From IMG/VR virus record IMGVR_UViG_3300027278_000001, positions 20,058-84,057 of that record: a DNA stretch of 64,000 nt; one strand, given 5' to 3'. Each line of letters begins with the position of its first letter. Position 1 is the first letter of the stretch. The DNA comes from a virus. Lineage: Duplodnaviria; Caudoviricetes. The translations under genes and the position numbers were made by a program. The notes below the pieces were generated by a model. It saw only the letters and a list, made by a program, of their open reading frames with translations, was not told the DNA's origin and ran no database searches. Positions 54,871 to 64,000 of this stretch are shown in pieces.

Positions 54871-56361
54871 ATGGCGGAAGAAACAGAAGACCTTACCCCT
54901 ACTCTTACTAAAGGGGAAGATAGCACAATCCCCAGAATGCGTCTTAGTCAAGTGTCTTACAATGGCTTGAACGTATTCTCTGGTAACATTTTTGAAGAGT
55001 GCGCACACGAGCTTCGTTGGCCACATTGCATGAAAACCTACAAGGATATGGCAAAGGATGCAACTATTGCCCCTGCCTTGAACCTTGTAGAAATGGCTAT
55101 TGCTCGTGTTCCTTGGCACATTCGTGTGCCAGAAGGTTATGAAGACCAGCTCAAAGATAAAGCTGCTTTTATCAAGCAGTGCATCAATGATATGGATCAT
55201 AGCTGGGGTAGCTTCATACGTCAAGTAGTTAGCTTTAACCGTTATGGTTTTGCAGCTCATGAAAAAGTGTATCGTAAGCGCTATAAGAAGAATGGTAGTA
55301 AATATAACGATGGTCTTGTAGGTATTGCCTCTCTTCCCCCTATTACACAAGATAGTATTGAATCTTGGGATTGGACAGACACAGGACGTAAGCTTACTGG
55401 GCTATATCAATACCCTAATGTACCTGCTGGTAAGAACAAATTAGAAGTTGTAGATAAAAGTATTGAGCAGTGGATTCGCAGAGAGAAGTTTCTCCTGTTT
55501 CGTAACAACCCACTTAAAGACAGTCCAATTGGTGAATCGCCTCTCAATGGATGTTGGCAAGCTTGGAAGTATAAAACAGAGCTTGAGAAGTTTGAAGGTA
55601 CTGGCGTAGCTTCTGATGTTCGTGGTCTTAAAGTATTGAAGCTTAACCCACGATACATGGCAGAAGATGCTAGCGACTTAGATAAGCAGACCTTTGAGTA
55701 TTGGAAGAACGTAATGCGTAACCTACACATGGGTGAGCAAAGCGGCGTAATTGTTCCAAGCTTGAAAGATGAGAACGGCGAAGAAATGATTGCCGATCTT
55801 GAGCTGCTTGGTATTAATGGTCAACGTAGCTACAACGTATCAGATATTATTGGACGTTATCGTTCTGAGATTATTACAAGCCTTATGGCTTCTCAGTTGA
55901 CTCTTGGTCAGAATGGCGGTGGTAGCTTCTCTCTTGCAGAGAGTCTACAAGGCATCTCCAACATGGCTATTGAAGCTAAGTTGATTGAGATTCAAGACCA
56001 ACTTAACCATGACCTCATAAAACAACTTTTTGAACTTAATGGTTGGTCAACTGAAGTGATGCCAGAGTTTTACTTTGGTGATCTTGTTAGTCCTGACCTT
56101 GATGTTCTGTCTAAGTTCCTACAACGGTCTGCATCTGTTGGACTTATTAGCCAAGACCCTGCAACTGTTAATTGGATTGCTGAACAAGCAAACATGCCTA
56201 AACCTTTTGTTGATCAGACAATTGATATTGAAGAAGCTCGCAAGAGTTTGACTGGTTATTCAAGCGGTGCTGGTGAAGGGCAAGCCACAGCTGGTGAAGG
56301 AACTTCAACAAGTCCTACAGGCGGTGATGATGCATCAGCCGGAAATATGGAGAACACGTAG
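54871..56361 (+). CDS. portal protein
   Basis: 496 aa directly after terL; portal-like motifs (YGFAAHEKVY, FRNNP..PIGESPL, GGGSFSLA). Confidence 0.88.
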   Translation: MAEETEDLTPTLTKGEDSTIPRMRLSQVSYNGLNVFSGNIFEECAHELRWPHCMKTYKDMAKDATIAPALNLVEMAIARVPWHIRVPEGYEDQLKDKAAFIKQCINDMDHSWGSFIRQVVSFNRYGFAAHEKVYRKRYKKNGSKYNDGLVGIASLPPITQDSIESWDWTDTGRKLTGLYQYPNVPAGKNKLEVVDKSIEQWIRREKFLLFRNNPLKDSPIGESPLNGCWQAWKYKTELEKFEGTGVASDVRGLKVLKLNPRYMAEDASDLDKQTFEYWKNVMRNLHMGEQSGVIVPSLKDENGEEMIADLELLGINGQRSYNVSDIIGRYRSEIITSLMASQLTLGQNGGGSFSLAESLQGISNMAIEAKLIEIQDQLNHDLIKQLFELNGWSTEVMPEFYFGDLVSPDLDVLSKFLQRSASVGLISQDPATVNWIAEQANMPKPFVDQTIDIEEARKSLTGYSSGAGEGQATAGEGTSTSPTGGDDASAGNMENT

Positions 56362-57723
56362 ATGGCTCATAGTTTGAGGCTTCTAACTAAGAAGCTATAT
56401 AACACACCACACTTGATTGAGCCATCGAGCTTTGAGAGTGTGATTACTTATCTAAAAGAACGCAACCAAGGCGAGATGAATATCTCTGCTGGTAACAAGC
56501 CACGAGAGGGCAAACAGCTTCAATACTACTCTGATACTCAAGTAGGTATTATTGATATTGATGGCCCTCTTACATATAAATCCTCTGGTTGGGAAGCCCT
56601 ATGCGGTGGAACCTCCTACGAAGGTATTGTACAAGAGTTTAATGCTATGTCTGACATGGGTATGAAAACCCTAGTCTTTATGGCTGACTCAGGTGGTGGT
56701 GAAGCCTACGGTATGCAGGAGCTTGGAAGCTACATTCGTAAACAGGCAGATGATAAGGGCATCAAAATCCTTACCTATGTTGACGGTATGGCTGCTTCAG
56801 CTTGCTATGGTGTTACCTGTATTGCAGACGAGGTTATTCTAAACCCCCAAGCAGAAGTAGGTAGTATTGGTGTTGTTGTTCGTTTGATGAATGACTCCAA
56901 AGCCCTAGAAGAAAAAGGTTACGAACGCTCCTTTGTTTATGCTGGTGGGAATAAAGTTCCTTTCGCAGAAGACGGATCGTTTAGACCAGAGTTTATTCAA
57001 GACATTCAAGTTAAAGTTGATGCCTTGTATGAAGAATTTACATCCTATGTAGCAAGTATGCGAAAAATGGATGTGGATCAAGTTAAGAAAACAGAAGCTA
57101 AAGTCTTTATGGCTAAAGATGCTATTTCTCTTGGCTTGGCTGATAAAGTAATGACTCACGATGAGTTTTACAATTATCTCGCAGACGTTGCCCAGAAGGA
57201 CAATAAAATGTTTACAAACAATAAACTATTTAGTTTTAGCAAGCAACCTGTTGATGGGAAGACTGCTGAACTAGAAATTGATGAGGTACAAATGAAAGAA
57301 TTTGAGGAACTGCAAGCGCAGCATTCCGAACTTGAAGCTAAATTCAACGCACAGGAAACCGAGCTTGCAGCGCAACTCAATGCTGTAGCCTCCCTGTCTG
57401 CTGAACTGGCCCAAGCTAAGGAAGAGTTGAGTGTAGTAGCTGCTGATCGTGCAGCACTGGAAACCGCCGCTAAGGAAGCTAAAGTCGCAGCTCGTAAAGA
57501 GGCTATTGCTTCCGTTGAGGCTGATGCAGAGCAAGCGGATAAGTTGTATGCATCTCTGGAAACTGTAGATGATACTGCTTTTAATGTCGTACTGGCTTCT
57601 ATGAAGAAGAAAGAAGACAAACTGGAAACTTCTGATCTTTTTGAAAAGAAGAGTACAGACGTTAACGAAGAAACCAAAGAGCCGGTCAGCTTCAAAAGCT
57701 TCCTGCCTACCAAGAATAAATAA
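56362..57723 (+). CDS. prohead protease (S49 family) with scaffold-like coiled-coil C-terminus
   Basis: DSGGG, GMAASACY, VGSIGVV and A...GLADKV; Ala/Glu-rich tail. Confidence 0.88.
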   Translation: MAHSLRLLTKKLYNTPHLIEPSSFESVITYLKERNQGEMNISAGNKPREGKQLQYYSDTQVGIIDIDGPLTYKSSGWEALCGGTSYEGIVQEFNAMSDMGMKTLVFMADSGGGEAYGMQELGSYIRKQADDKGIKILTYVDGMAASACYGVTCIADEVILNPQAEVGSIGVVVRLMNDSKALEEKGYERSFVYAGGNKVPFAEDGSFRPEFIQDIQVKVDALYEEFTSYVASMRKMDVDQVKKTEAKVFMAKDAISLGLADKVMTHDEFYNYLADVAQKDNKMFTNNKLFSFSKQPVDGKTAELEIDEVQMKEFEELQAQHSELEAKFNAQETELAAQLNAVASLSAELAQAKEELSVVAADRAALETAAKEAKVAARKEAIASVEADAEQADKLYASLETVDDTAFNVVLASMKKKEDKLETSDLFEKKSTDVNEETKEPVSFKSFLPTKNK

Positions 57724-57734
57724 GGAAAAAGAAA

Positions 57735-58127
57735 ATGACTGCTATTGCATCTCGCTCTAACAAACTCTCGAACATCATTGCTTTTGAAGAAGATGTTCGT
57801 TACGGCTATTGCCGTGAAACCGTAACCGTAACCGTTGAAGCTGGCATGGATATTGGTGCAGCTCTGAAGCTGTCCGCTGGTAAATACATCTGGGTTGACC
57901 AAGCTGGTACTGCTGCTCTGACTGGTGGCGTAGCCATTCTGGTTGACCACTTTGCCGATGTTCCTAATCTGACTGCTGGTGATCATCAACTGGCTGTTCT
58001 GGTTCGTGGCCCTGCTGGCGTAACTTCCAAGTCCTTGATCTACAAAGGTGTTGTAGATGCTCCGGGTAAAGCTCTTGTTGTAGCTCAACTCAAAGCCCAA
58101 GGTGTTGTTGATCGCGTTCAAGTGTAA
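57735..58127 (+). CDS. head decoration/stabilisation protein
   Basis: 130 aa between protease and capsid; LVRGPA motif. Confidence 0.7.
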   Translation: MTAIASRSNKLSNIIAFEEDVRYGYCRETVTVTVEAGMDIGAALKLSAGKYIWVDQAGTAALTGGVAILVDHFADVPNLTAGDHQLAVLVRGPAGVTSKSLIYKGVVDAPGKALVVAQLKAQGVVDRVQV

Positions 58128-58165
58128 TCAACTTTTAACAAATAATTAAATAAGGAAACCTTAGA

Positions 58166-59209
58166 ATGTCAGTGATCCGCGATTACTACTCCAGTTTTAA
58201 AACCACCGAAATGACTGATGCAATCAACGAGATTGAAAATCAGTATGGTTATGTAAACAGCCGTAACTACTTCAATATGAAGTCTACTGGCCAAACTGCC
58301 ATCATCTTTGACGTTAACAAGCATGACATTACTCTGCTCCCACAAGTAAATCGTGGTGATCACAGTGCTACCCAAGGTAAAGAGCGTGAAGTTGAAACCT
58401 TCGCCCTGAAGCTGGCTTACTTCAAGCATCAAGATCGTCTGATGACTGAAGACATTCAGAGCTGGCGTCAGCCGGGTCAAGAGATTCAAGAAACTCTGGC
58501 TCGTGCTACTGCTGAAAAACTGCAAGACATGCGTATGGCCGCTGACCAGACCAACGAGTACATGAAGCTGCAAGCTTTCAAAGGTGTCTTCAAGACTCCA
58601 GACGGTAAAGTTGTTGCTGATATGTTCACTGAGTTCGGTGTTGCTCAAACCTCCATCGACTTCGTACTTGGCACTGGCACTACTAACGTAGATGCTAAGA
58701 TTGCTGAGCTGAAGCGTGCTGTAGCTAACAATGTTAAACAAGGTGGTGCCATCAGCGGTATCGAAGTTCTGGTTGACCCAATCTTCTTTGACAAGCTGAT
58801 CAACCATGCAATGATCCGTGATGCCTTCAAGTTCTATCAGAACAGTGGCACCCAGCGCCTGCGCGATGACCTCGCCAACTACATGCGTTGGGGTATTATG
58901 GAAGTGTTTGAATATCGTGGTGTTCGTTTCATCTCCTACGATGCAACCTTCAACCTGCCTAACGGTACTACTGAGCAAGGTATTGCTGACAATACTGGTC
59001 ATGCCTATGGCCTTGGTGTTCGTGACCTGTTCCGTGGTTATGCTGGTCCTAGCAACAAACTGTCTCAGGCTAACCAGCCGGGGCGTGAAATGTTTGTTCG
59101 TCAGTACGTTGATGACCGTGATGAGTACGTTGACTTTGAGCTTGAAATGGCTCCTCTGTACTTCTGCACCAAACCTGCATCGCTGGTTAAAGTTATCAGC
59201 TCTAACTAA
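58166..59209 (+). CDS. major capsid protein (phage major capsid E-like)
   Basis: 347 aa; T..IN.I, LLP...RG, T.EYMKLQAFKG and EMAPLYFCTKP..LVK; strong codon bias. Confidence 0.9.
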   Translation: MSVIRDYYSSFKTTEMTDAINEIENQYGYVNSRNYFNMKSTGQTAIIFDVNKHDITLLPQVNRGDHSATQGKEREVETFALKLAYFKHQDRLMTEDIQSWRQPGQEIQETLARATAEKLQDMRMAADQTNEYMKLQAFKGVFKTPDGKVVADMFTEFGVAQTSIDFVLGTGTTNVDAKIAELKRAVANNVKQGGAISGIEVLVDPIFFDKLINHAMIRDAFKFYQNSGTQRLRDDLANYMRWGIMEVFEYRGVRFISYDATFNLPNGTTEQGIADNTGHAYGLGVRDLFRGYAGPSNKLSQANQPGREMFVRQYVDDRDEYVDFELEMAPLYFCTKPASLVKVISSN

Positions 59210-59218
59210 GAGTGACGT

Positions 59219-59237
59219 GAGGGGCTTTACGCCCCTC
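59219..59237 (+). terminator. hairpin after capsid gene
   Basis: GAGGGG/CCCCTC stem; weak U-tract. Confidence 0.4.
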
Positions 59238-59259
59238 CATATTCTAGAGGAATAAGATT

Positions 59260-59475
59260 ATGGCGATTGCCGATGTAAGTGCCCCAGAACGGGCTTGGGT
59301 TGATGCTCACACTGTTATTCAGCGTGTCATCACAGAAGTGAATGGTGAAATTCCTGTAACTACGGTTATGCCTTACCAAGCACCAGCTCCTGCTGCTGAT
59401 GTGGCTGCTTTGAAGGTACAGTTTGACGCCCTTCTGGGTAAACTGGTCACTGCTGGTTTGATGGCCGCAAGTTGA
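59260..59475 (+). CDS. small head-fibre-like protein
   Basis: C-terminal AADVAALKVQFDALLGKLVTAGLM motif. Confidence 0.55.
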   Translation: MAIADVSAPERAWVDAHTVIQRVITEVNGEIPVTTVMPYQAPAPAADVAALKVQFDALLGKLVTAGLMAAS

Positions 59476-59516
59476 TTTATAGGGCTGCTTGTCAGCCCTC
59501 CTTCTGAGGAGTAGGC

Positions 59517-59963
59517 ATGGCCCTTACAGATATTGAAACAATTAGATTGTTGATTGGTGATACACCAACATCACCTTTCTATATGCTGTTTACGGATCAA
59601 GAGCTGCAAAAGTTTCTAGACTTGAACACCGGAAACCTATTACGTGCTGCAAGGATGGCTGCTATTGCTGCTTCTCTGCAATTAGCTGGGTGGTCGTCTC
59701 GCGAACGCACGGGTGATTTGGAAGTGTGGTCTAACCTCTCCACTTCGTATCTCAAAGCTCTTGATAACTTTATCAAGGATAGTGGCTCTGCAAGTATCCC
59801 AAGTGGATTACTTGGCTATGCAGCCGGTATTAGTTACGAAGATGTTTGTGCCAATAACAATAATCCAGATAATGTTCGTCCAAACTTAGTTGGCATTCGT
59901 TTGTGTGATGGGAATATGTTCTCTTATACAAACCCATTTAGAATTAAGTCTTGTGGCTGCTAA
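59517..59963 (+). CDS. head-tail adaptor
   Basis: IRLLIGD...FTDQEL..FL motif and position after capsid. Confidence 0.7.
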   Translation: MALTDIETIRLLIGDTPTSPFYMLFTDQELQKFLDLNTGNLLRAARMAAIAASLQLAGWSSRERTGDLEVWSNLSTSYLKALDNFIKDSGSASIPSGLLGYAAGISYEDVCANNNNPDNVRPNLVGIRLCDGNMFSYTNPFRIKSCGC

Positions 59964-59966
59964 CAA

Positions 59967-60443
59967 ATGTCTATGAAATTAACAGTAGACAAAAGCCCTT
60001 GGCTTGCTCTGAAGAAGTCCTTCGTTAAAGCTGAAACTCTTGAAAATCGCCTCGGTTGGTTTGAAGAAAATCGCTACGGAAGTGATAACGAGAATCTTCC
60101 AATGGCCCAAGTGGCTCAATGGATTGCTGAAGGTGTAGCTTCTAAGAATATTCCACCTCGTGATTTTATTCGTACAGGATTAACGAATGATCTTAAGAGA
60201 GGAGCTAACGATGCAAGCTTTAAGCGAATCATCATAGCTGTGGCTAATGGACAGGATGTATTCAAAGCTTTGCACAGAGAAGGTGACAGTTTCAGGCAGA
60301 CATTACGTCAAGTAATGATTGATTGGGATACACCACCTAACTCTCCCGTCACTATTGAATTGAAGGGGTTTGATGATCCTTTGATTGAATCCAGTGAACT
60401 TATTTCTAATGTATCTGTGAAGACAACTAAGCGAGGAACATAA
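59967..60443 (+). CDS. virion morphogenesis/neck protein
   Basis: IPPRDFIR and NSP.TI..KGFDDPLIES motifs. Confidence 0.7.
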   Translation: MSMKLTVDKSPWLALKKSFVKAETLENRLGWFEENRYGSDNENLPMAQVAQWIAEGVASKNIPPRDFIRTGLTNDLKRGANDASFKRIIIAVANGQDVFKALHREGDSFRQTLRQVMIDWDTPPNSPVTIELKGFDDPLIESSELISNVSVKTTKRGT

Positions 60444-60811
60444 TGTTAAAACCAAATTTCCTCCTTACTAAGAAGATTCCTCTTACTATTCTTCGATCTA
60501 CACAAGGTAGTTATGTTAATGGTGAATGGGTTGAAGGAACAGAGACTAGTATTCCTGTTGAAGTAAATATTCAACCTTTCAAGGATTCGGAGCTTATGCT
60601 TCTTCCTGAAGCTGATAGGTCAAAGGAATGGTACAAACTTTATTGCGCTGACGAGCTTCGTACAGCTAAACAAGGAACTTCTGGCTGGGAAGCCGATGAG
60701 TTTGTTTGGGAAGGTGATCGCTACAAGGTGATGAAGTCTAAGAGATATTCCATGGGAATCTTGGATCATTGGAAAGCAGCAGCGGCAAGACTTGAGGTAA
60801 GTGCAGGATGA
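60443..60811 (+). CDS. head closure/head-tail joining protein
   Basis: G.YVNGEWV, VNIQP, LLPEADR and W.G.RYKV. Confidence 0.65.
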   Translation: MLKPNFLLTKKIPLTILRSTQGSYVNGEWVEGTETSIPVEVNIQPFKDSELMLLPEADRSKEWYKLYCADELRTAKQGTSGWEADEFVWEGDRYKVMKSKRYSMGILDHWKAAAARLEVSAG

Positions 60812-61362
60812 ATATTTACTCAAGTTTACGAACTGCTGTAAGGAATGTGGCTTTAGTTGCTTTGGATGAATTTGTTAACCCTCTGGTCATCTATTCTCAT
60901 ACCAATGGTAATGAGCCAGCTGGCTCTTATGTAACAGTTAGTATTTTAAACGTAGATCAAACAGGACGACATGTAAGCAGTGGTCTTGTTGAAGCTAATG
61001 GTGCCACATTTGAAGAAACTATTAAAGTCTCTTATGAAGTGATGGCTCAACTAAGCTTTGTTGGTAGTCAATCTGGTGAGATGGCTTACAGTCTCTACCA
61101 AAGAATAAACAATAACCCTCTGGTGTTAGAAGAGGCTGCTCGTAACAAGCTTGGCTTTATGAGAAAGAGTCAAGTAAGACGTGCTCCTCAGAAACGTGAC
61201 ACTACTTGGGTAGAGTACCACAATCTAGACGTAACATTTTCCTACCATGTAGTTACTAAACAAGTGGTGGATATTGTAGAGGGTATTACAGTCGAGGGTG
61301 TTTACAACGACACAATCCAAGACAATTTTACAATACCTGAAGACCTAGTAATAAACCCTTAA
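60808..61362 (+). CDS. tail completion/neck terminator protein
   Basis: 184 aa directly before the sheath gene. Confidence 0.6.
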   Translation: MNIYSSLRTAVRNVALVALDEFVNPLVIYSHTNGNEPAGSYVTVSILNVDQTGRHVSSGLVEANGATFEETIKVSYEVMAQLSFVGSQSGEMAYSLYQRINNNPLVLEEAARNKLGFMRKSQVRRAPQKRDTTWVEYHNLDVTFSYHVVTKQVVDIVEGITVEGVYNDTIQDNFTIPEDLVINP

Positions 61363-61383
61363 CCTAATAAAGGAAAATAAACG

Positions 61384-62700
61384 ATGGCGGAACTCGACCA
61401 GATCGTTCAAATCACGATTACGCGAGAATCTACCCCTGTAGAAACTGCGTCTTTCCAAATCCCCCTTGTACTTGCAACACATACTAACTTTGCTGAACGT
61501 ACTCGTTCTTACACTGACTTCTCTGCTGTTGAAGATGACTTTGACAGTGCAGATGCAGTTTATAAGATTGCTCAAAAGCTCTTTGGTCAAACTACTGTAG
61601 GTGCACGTCCGCCTAGCATTGTAGTAGGCCGTCGCCAAGTAGATGAGGTAGTTGGCTCTGTTGCTACTGTTACCAATAGCACAGCTTACACCGTAACCAT
61701 CGCTGGCCCATCTAGCGTAACACCTACTGTATTTACTTACACTTCGGATGCCACAGCACTTGCAACAGAAATCGTAGCTGGCCTCAAAGCAGCTTATGAT
61801 CTTGCCCCTGTGACCGGCGTCACCTTTACAAACAACCTTGACGGTACATTCTCCGTGGCTGTTGTGACTCCAGGGTCTGCGTGGTCTATTACTGCCTCCG
61901 GTAATCTGACTCTGGTGAATGCTGCCTCCACTGAGACTTATCCAGAAGCATTGGAAGCTGTTAGTGATGAGAACAGCACTTGGTACGCATTGATCCTTGA
62001 TACTCATGATGCTGCTATTGTAGAAGCTGTCAGTGACGTTATTCAAGCACAACGTAAGATCATGGGTACTTCTACTGCTGACCCAGTAGCAATCACCACT
62101 GGTACTACTGACATTGCTTACAAGCTCAGTGCTAAAACTGCTGACCGTACCTTTGGCGTGTATCTGCCAACTGCTGATACTGAGTATCCAGAAGCTGCTT
62201 GGATTGGTGCTCAACTCGCTTACACTCCGGGTTCTAATGACTGGGATAAGAAGCGTGCCGTTGGCGTAACTCGTTCTAAGATCAACGACACTGCTCGTGT
62301 AAACCTTCGCGGTAAGAATTGCAACATGTACACTCGTGTTGCTGGCGTTGATATCTTCCAAGACGGTGACACTTTTGGTGGTTCACCGTGCGATGAGATT
62401 ATCGGCATCGACTGGCTTTATGCTCGTTTGCAAGAAGCAGTGTACTTTCGTCTGATTAATAGTCTCAAGGTGCCGATGACAAATCCCGGACTTTTGATCA
62501 TTGAAAACGAAATCCGCAGCGTACTCTCTCAAGCAGAAGCTAACGGTCTTATTGATCGTGGTTGGGTGGTACAAACTCCTGATGTTCTGAGTATTCCTGA
62601 GAACCTTCGTGCCCAACGTATTGCAGGTGCATTCGTGTTCCGTGCTCGCCTTGCGGGAAGTATTCGCCGAGTTCGGGTGGAAGGGTTCCTGTCAGTTTGA
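61384..62700 (+). CDS. tail sheath protein (DUF3383-like)
   Basis: IVQITITRE, Y..A.KLFGQ, GK.CNMY, DEI.G.DWL.ARLQ, KVP.T..G and LAG.IR.V. Confidence 0.9.
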   Translation: MAELDQIVQITITRESTPVETASFQIPLVLATHTNFAERTRSYTDFSAVEDDFDSADAVYKIAQKLFGQTTVGARPPSIVVGRRQVDEVVGSVATVTNSTAYTVTIAGPSSVTPTVFTYTSDATALATEIVAGLKAAYDLAPVTGVTFTNNLDGTFSVAVVTPGSAWSITASGNLTLVNAASTETYPEALEAVSDENSTWYALILDTHDAAIVEAVSDVIQAQRKIMGTSTADPVAITTGTTDIAYKLSAKTADRTFGVYLPTADTEYPEAAWIGAQLAYTPGSNDWDKKRAVGVTRSKINDTARVNLRGKNCNMYTRVAGVDIFQDGDTFGGSPCDEIIGIDWLYARLQEAVYFRLINSLKVPMTNPGLLIIENEIRSVLSQAEANGLIDRGWVVQTPDVLSIPENLRAQRIAGAFVFRARLAGSIRRVRVEGFLSV

Positions 62701-62722
62701 TTATAAAAGGATAGCTTAGTGT

Positions 62723-62751
62723 ATTGACATCTAACACTTTAAATGTTAAAC
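62723..62751 (+). promoter_or_regulatory. promoter preceding the inserted HNH gene
   Basis: TTGACA-17-TAAACT. Confidence 0.5.
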
Positions 62752-62787
62752 TTAATACTCAACTAACAGAGTAGTAGGTGTAATGAG

Positions 62788-63681
62788 ATGTCAACTAAAG
62801 CTATCCAAATTAACATTGGCGACAAATATAATAGATGGGAAGTTCTATCGGATATTTTCTATAAGACCTTCCCAAATGGTTCAAAGGCGAAATTTGTAAA
62901 GTGTGTTTGCAGATGTGGAACTGTGTCTGTTCTCAGAGCCGCTGCACTAACCTCCCCGACTAAGCCCAGCATCTCTTGTGGATGTTACCGAGCTGAGCAA
63001 ACTTCTCTACTTAACACAGTGAAATTAGGTGTGGGTGAAAAGTTTGGCAGGTTGATAGTTCTTGAGAGTTTAGGCATGGAGTCTATAGGGGCCGGTAAGA
63101 GAAATATGGTTCTGGTGTCCTGTGAATGTGGTTCTGATCCTTTCAAAATACGACTTGATGGCCTGAAAGATGGGAACACCAAATCTTGTGGGTGTTTACA
63201 GAAAGAGACTGTCGGTTTAGTGATGACAACTCACGGGATGACCGGTAGATCGGCTTACAGATCATGGCAAGGGTTGAAGGATCGTTGCACCAATCCAAAC
63301 AACTCACGCTGGGATCGGTATGGCGGTCGTGGAATTCGCTACCCATCAAACTGGGAAACTTTTGAAGGTTTCTGGAATGACATGAGTGAAGGTTGGTACG
63401 AAGGAGCTGACATAGATCGTATCGACTTCGATGGTAACTACCATAAAGAGAATTGTCGTTGGGTTAACAGGGATGTTGGTAATCATAATAAGTCTAAGTC
63501 TGATGGAACTTCGTCATATAAAGGTGTTTACTATGACAAGGCTCGTGATGCTTGGGTTGCTCGTTTAAACCGTAACTCAACAATTTATCTTCAAAAGCGA
63601 TTCAATACGGAGTTAGCTGCCGCAAAAGCTTACGACGACATATCAGAACAAATTTATGGTGACAGACCTAATGGCACCTAA
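62788..63681 (+). mobile_element. free-standing HNH homing endonuclease with AP2-like domain
   Basis: Two C.C.CG...SCGC modules, YRSWQGLKDRC, YGGRGI, IDRID..GNY.KENCRW..N.N and SSYKGVY..W.A. Confidence 0.88.
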
Positions 63682-63701
63682 CCAGATAAACAGGAAATAA
63701 A

Positions 63702-64000
63702 ATGGCAGATCAAATTTTAATTGGTAACTATAGCCCGGAAGGTGTGACAGTTATCCTATCTAAGGGAGATTTTTCCCACCAAGTTACAGGCTTCATGGAC
63801 GGCACTTTCCTGAATGCGACTAGAATGGTAGTCGCGTCGGAGCCGTATATCGGCGCAGATTTGTCGGGCGGACGGGTGAAGCGTCGTAATCGTTCTATGA
63901 ACGTAACCCTGAGCTTGCATCAATATAGCCAGTCGAACTATGTTCTACAAGCACTTCAACGTGCCGATGAAGAAACAGATAATAATGACTGGGTTGTAAA
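63702..64000 (+). CDS. tail tube protein (DUF3277-like), partial
   Basis: MADQILIGNYSPEGVTV...G.DLSGGRVKR...TLSLHQYSQSN..L; follows the sheath; runs off the window. Confidence 0.8.
   Translation, partial: MADQILIGNYSPEGVTVILSKGDFSHQVTGFMDGTFLNATRMVVASEPYIGADLSGGRVKRRNRSMNVTLSLHQYSQSNYVLQALQRADEETDNNDWVV

Noticed and set aside
57174-62361. Long antisense ORFs (57174-58121, 58169-59002, 61345-62361)
   Set aside because: Shadows of strongly codon-biased structural genes; low-complexity Ser/Thr-rich translations with no motifs.
1-64000. Prophage or lysogeny module; recoded genetic code
   Set aside because: No integrase, repressor or host genes are present, and core genes translate intact with the standard code.

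Overview
A 64 kb segment of a lytic tailed dsDNA phage (myovirus). Its gene content and order resemble rV5/phi92-like phages. The host is probably a Gammaproteobacterium, which is an inference only. Four transcription blocks alternate. (1) 1-20.9 kb, minus strand: nucleotide metabolism and a T7-like replisome (thyX, MazG-like, HAD nucleotidase, DEDD exonuclease, 5'-3' exonuclease, SSB, family A DNA polymerase, primase-helicase). (2) 21.4-33.5 kb, plus strand: dozens of tiny early ORFs driven by a family of sigma70-like promoters, several with a hairpin in the -35/-10 spacer. (3) 34.3-47.5 kb, minus strand: accessory genes (SF2 helicase-like, SleB hydrolase, dCMP deaminase, two DNA methyltransferases, ClpP-like, PhoH). 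(4) 47.8 kb to the end, plus strand: a second minimal family-A/TV-Pol-like polymerase, then packaging and virion genes (probable TerS, TerL, portal, S49 protease, decoration, capsid, neck, sheath, partial tube). The packaging locus is the most notable part. About 0.9 kb of ORF-poor, hairpin-dense sequence lies between terS and terL and looks like a large ornate ncRNA. A free-standing homing endonuclease follows it, and terL is split inside its Walker A motif by a 232-nt ORF-less group I intron (53293-53524). Also present are two smaller ncRNA candidates, six free-standing endonucleases, a frameshifted DenV-like glycosylase and a CCTAT repeat tract at the convergent junction. No canonical tRNA, CRISPR array, integrase or intein was recognised. 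All family assignments come from motif recognition by eye; no database search was run.
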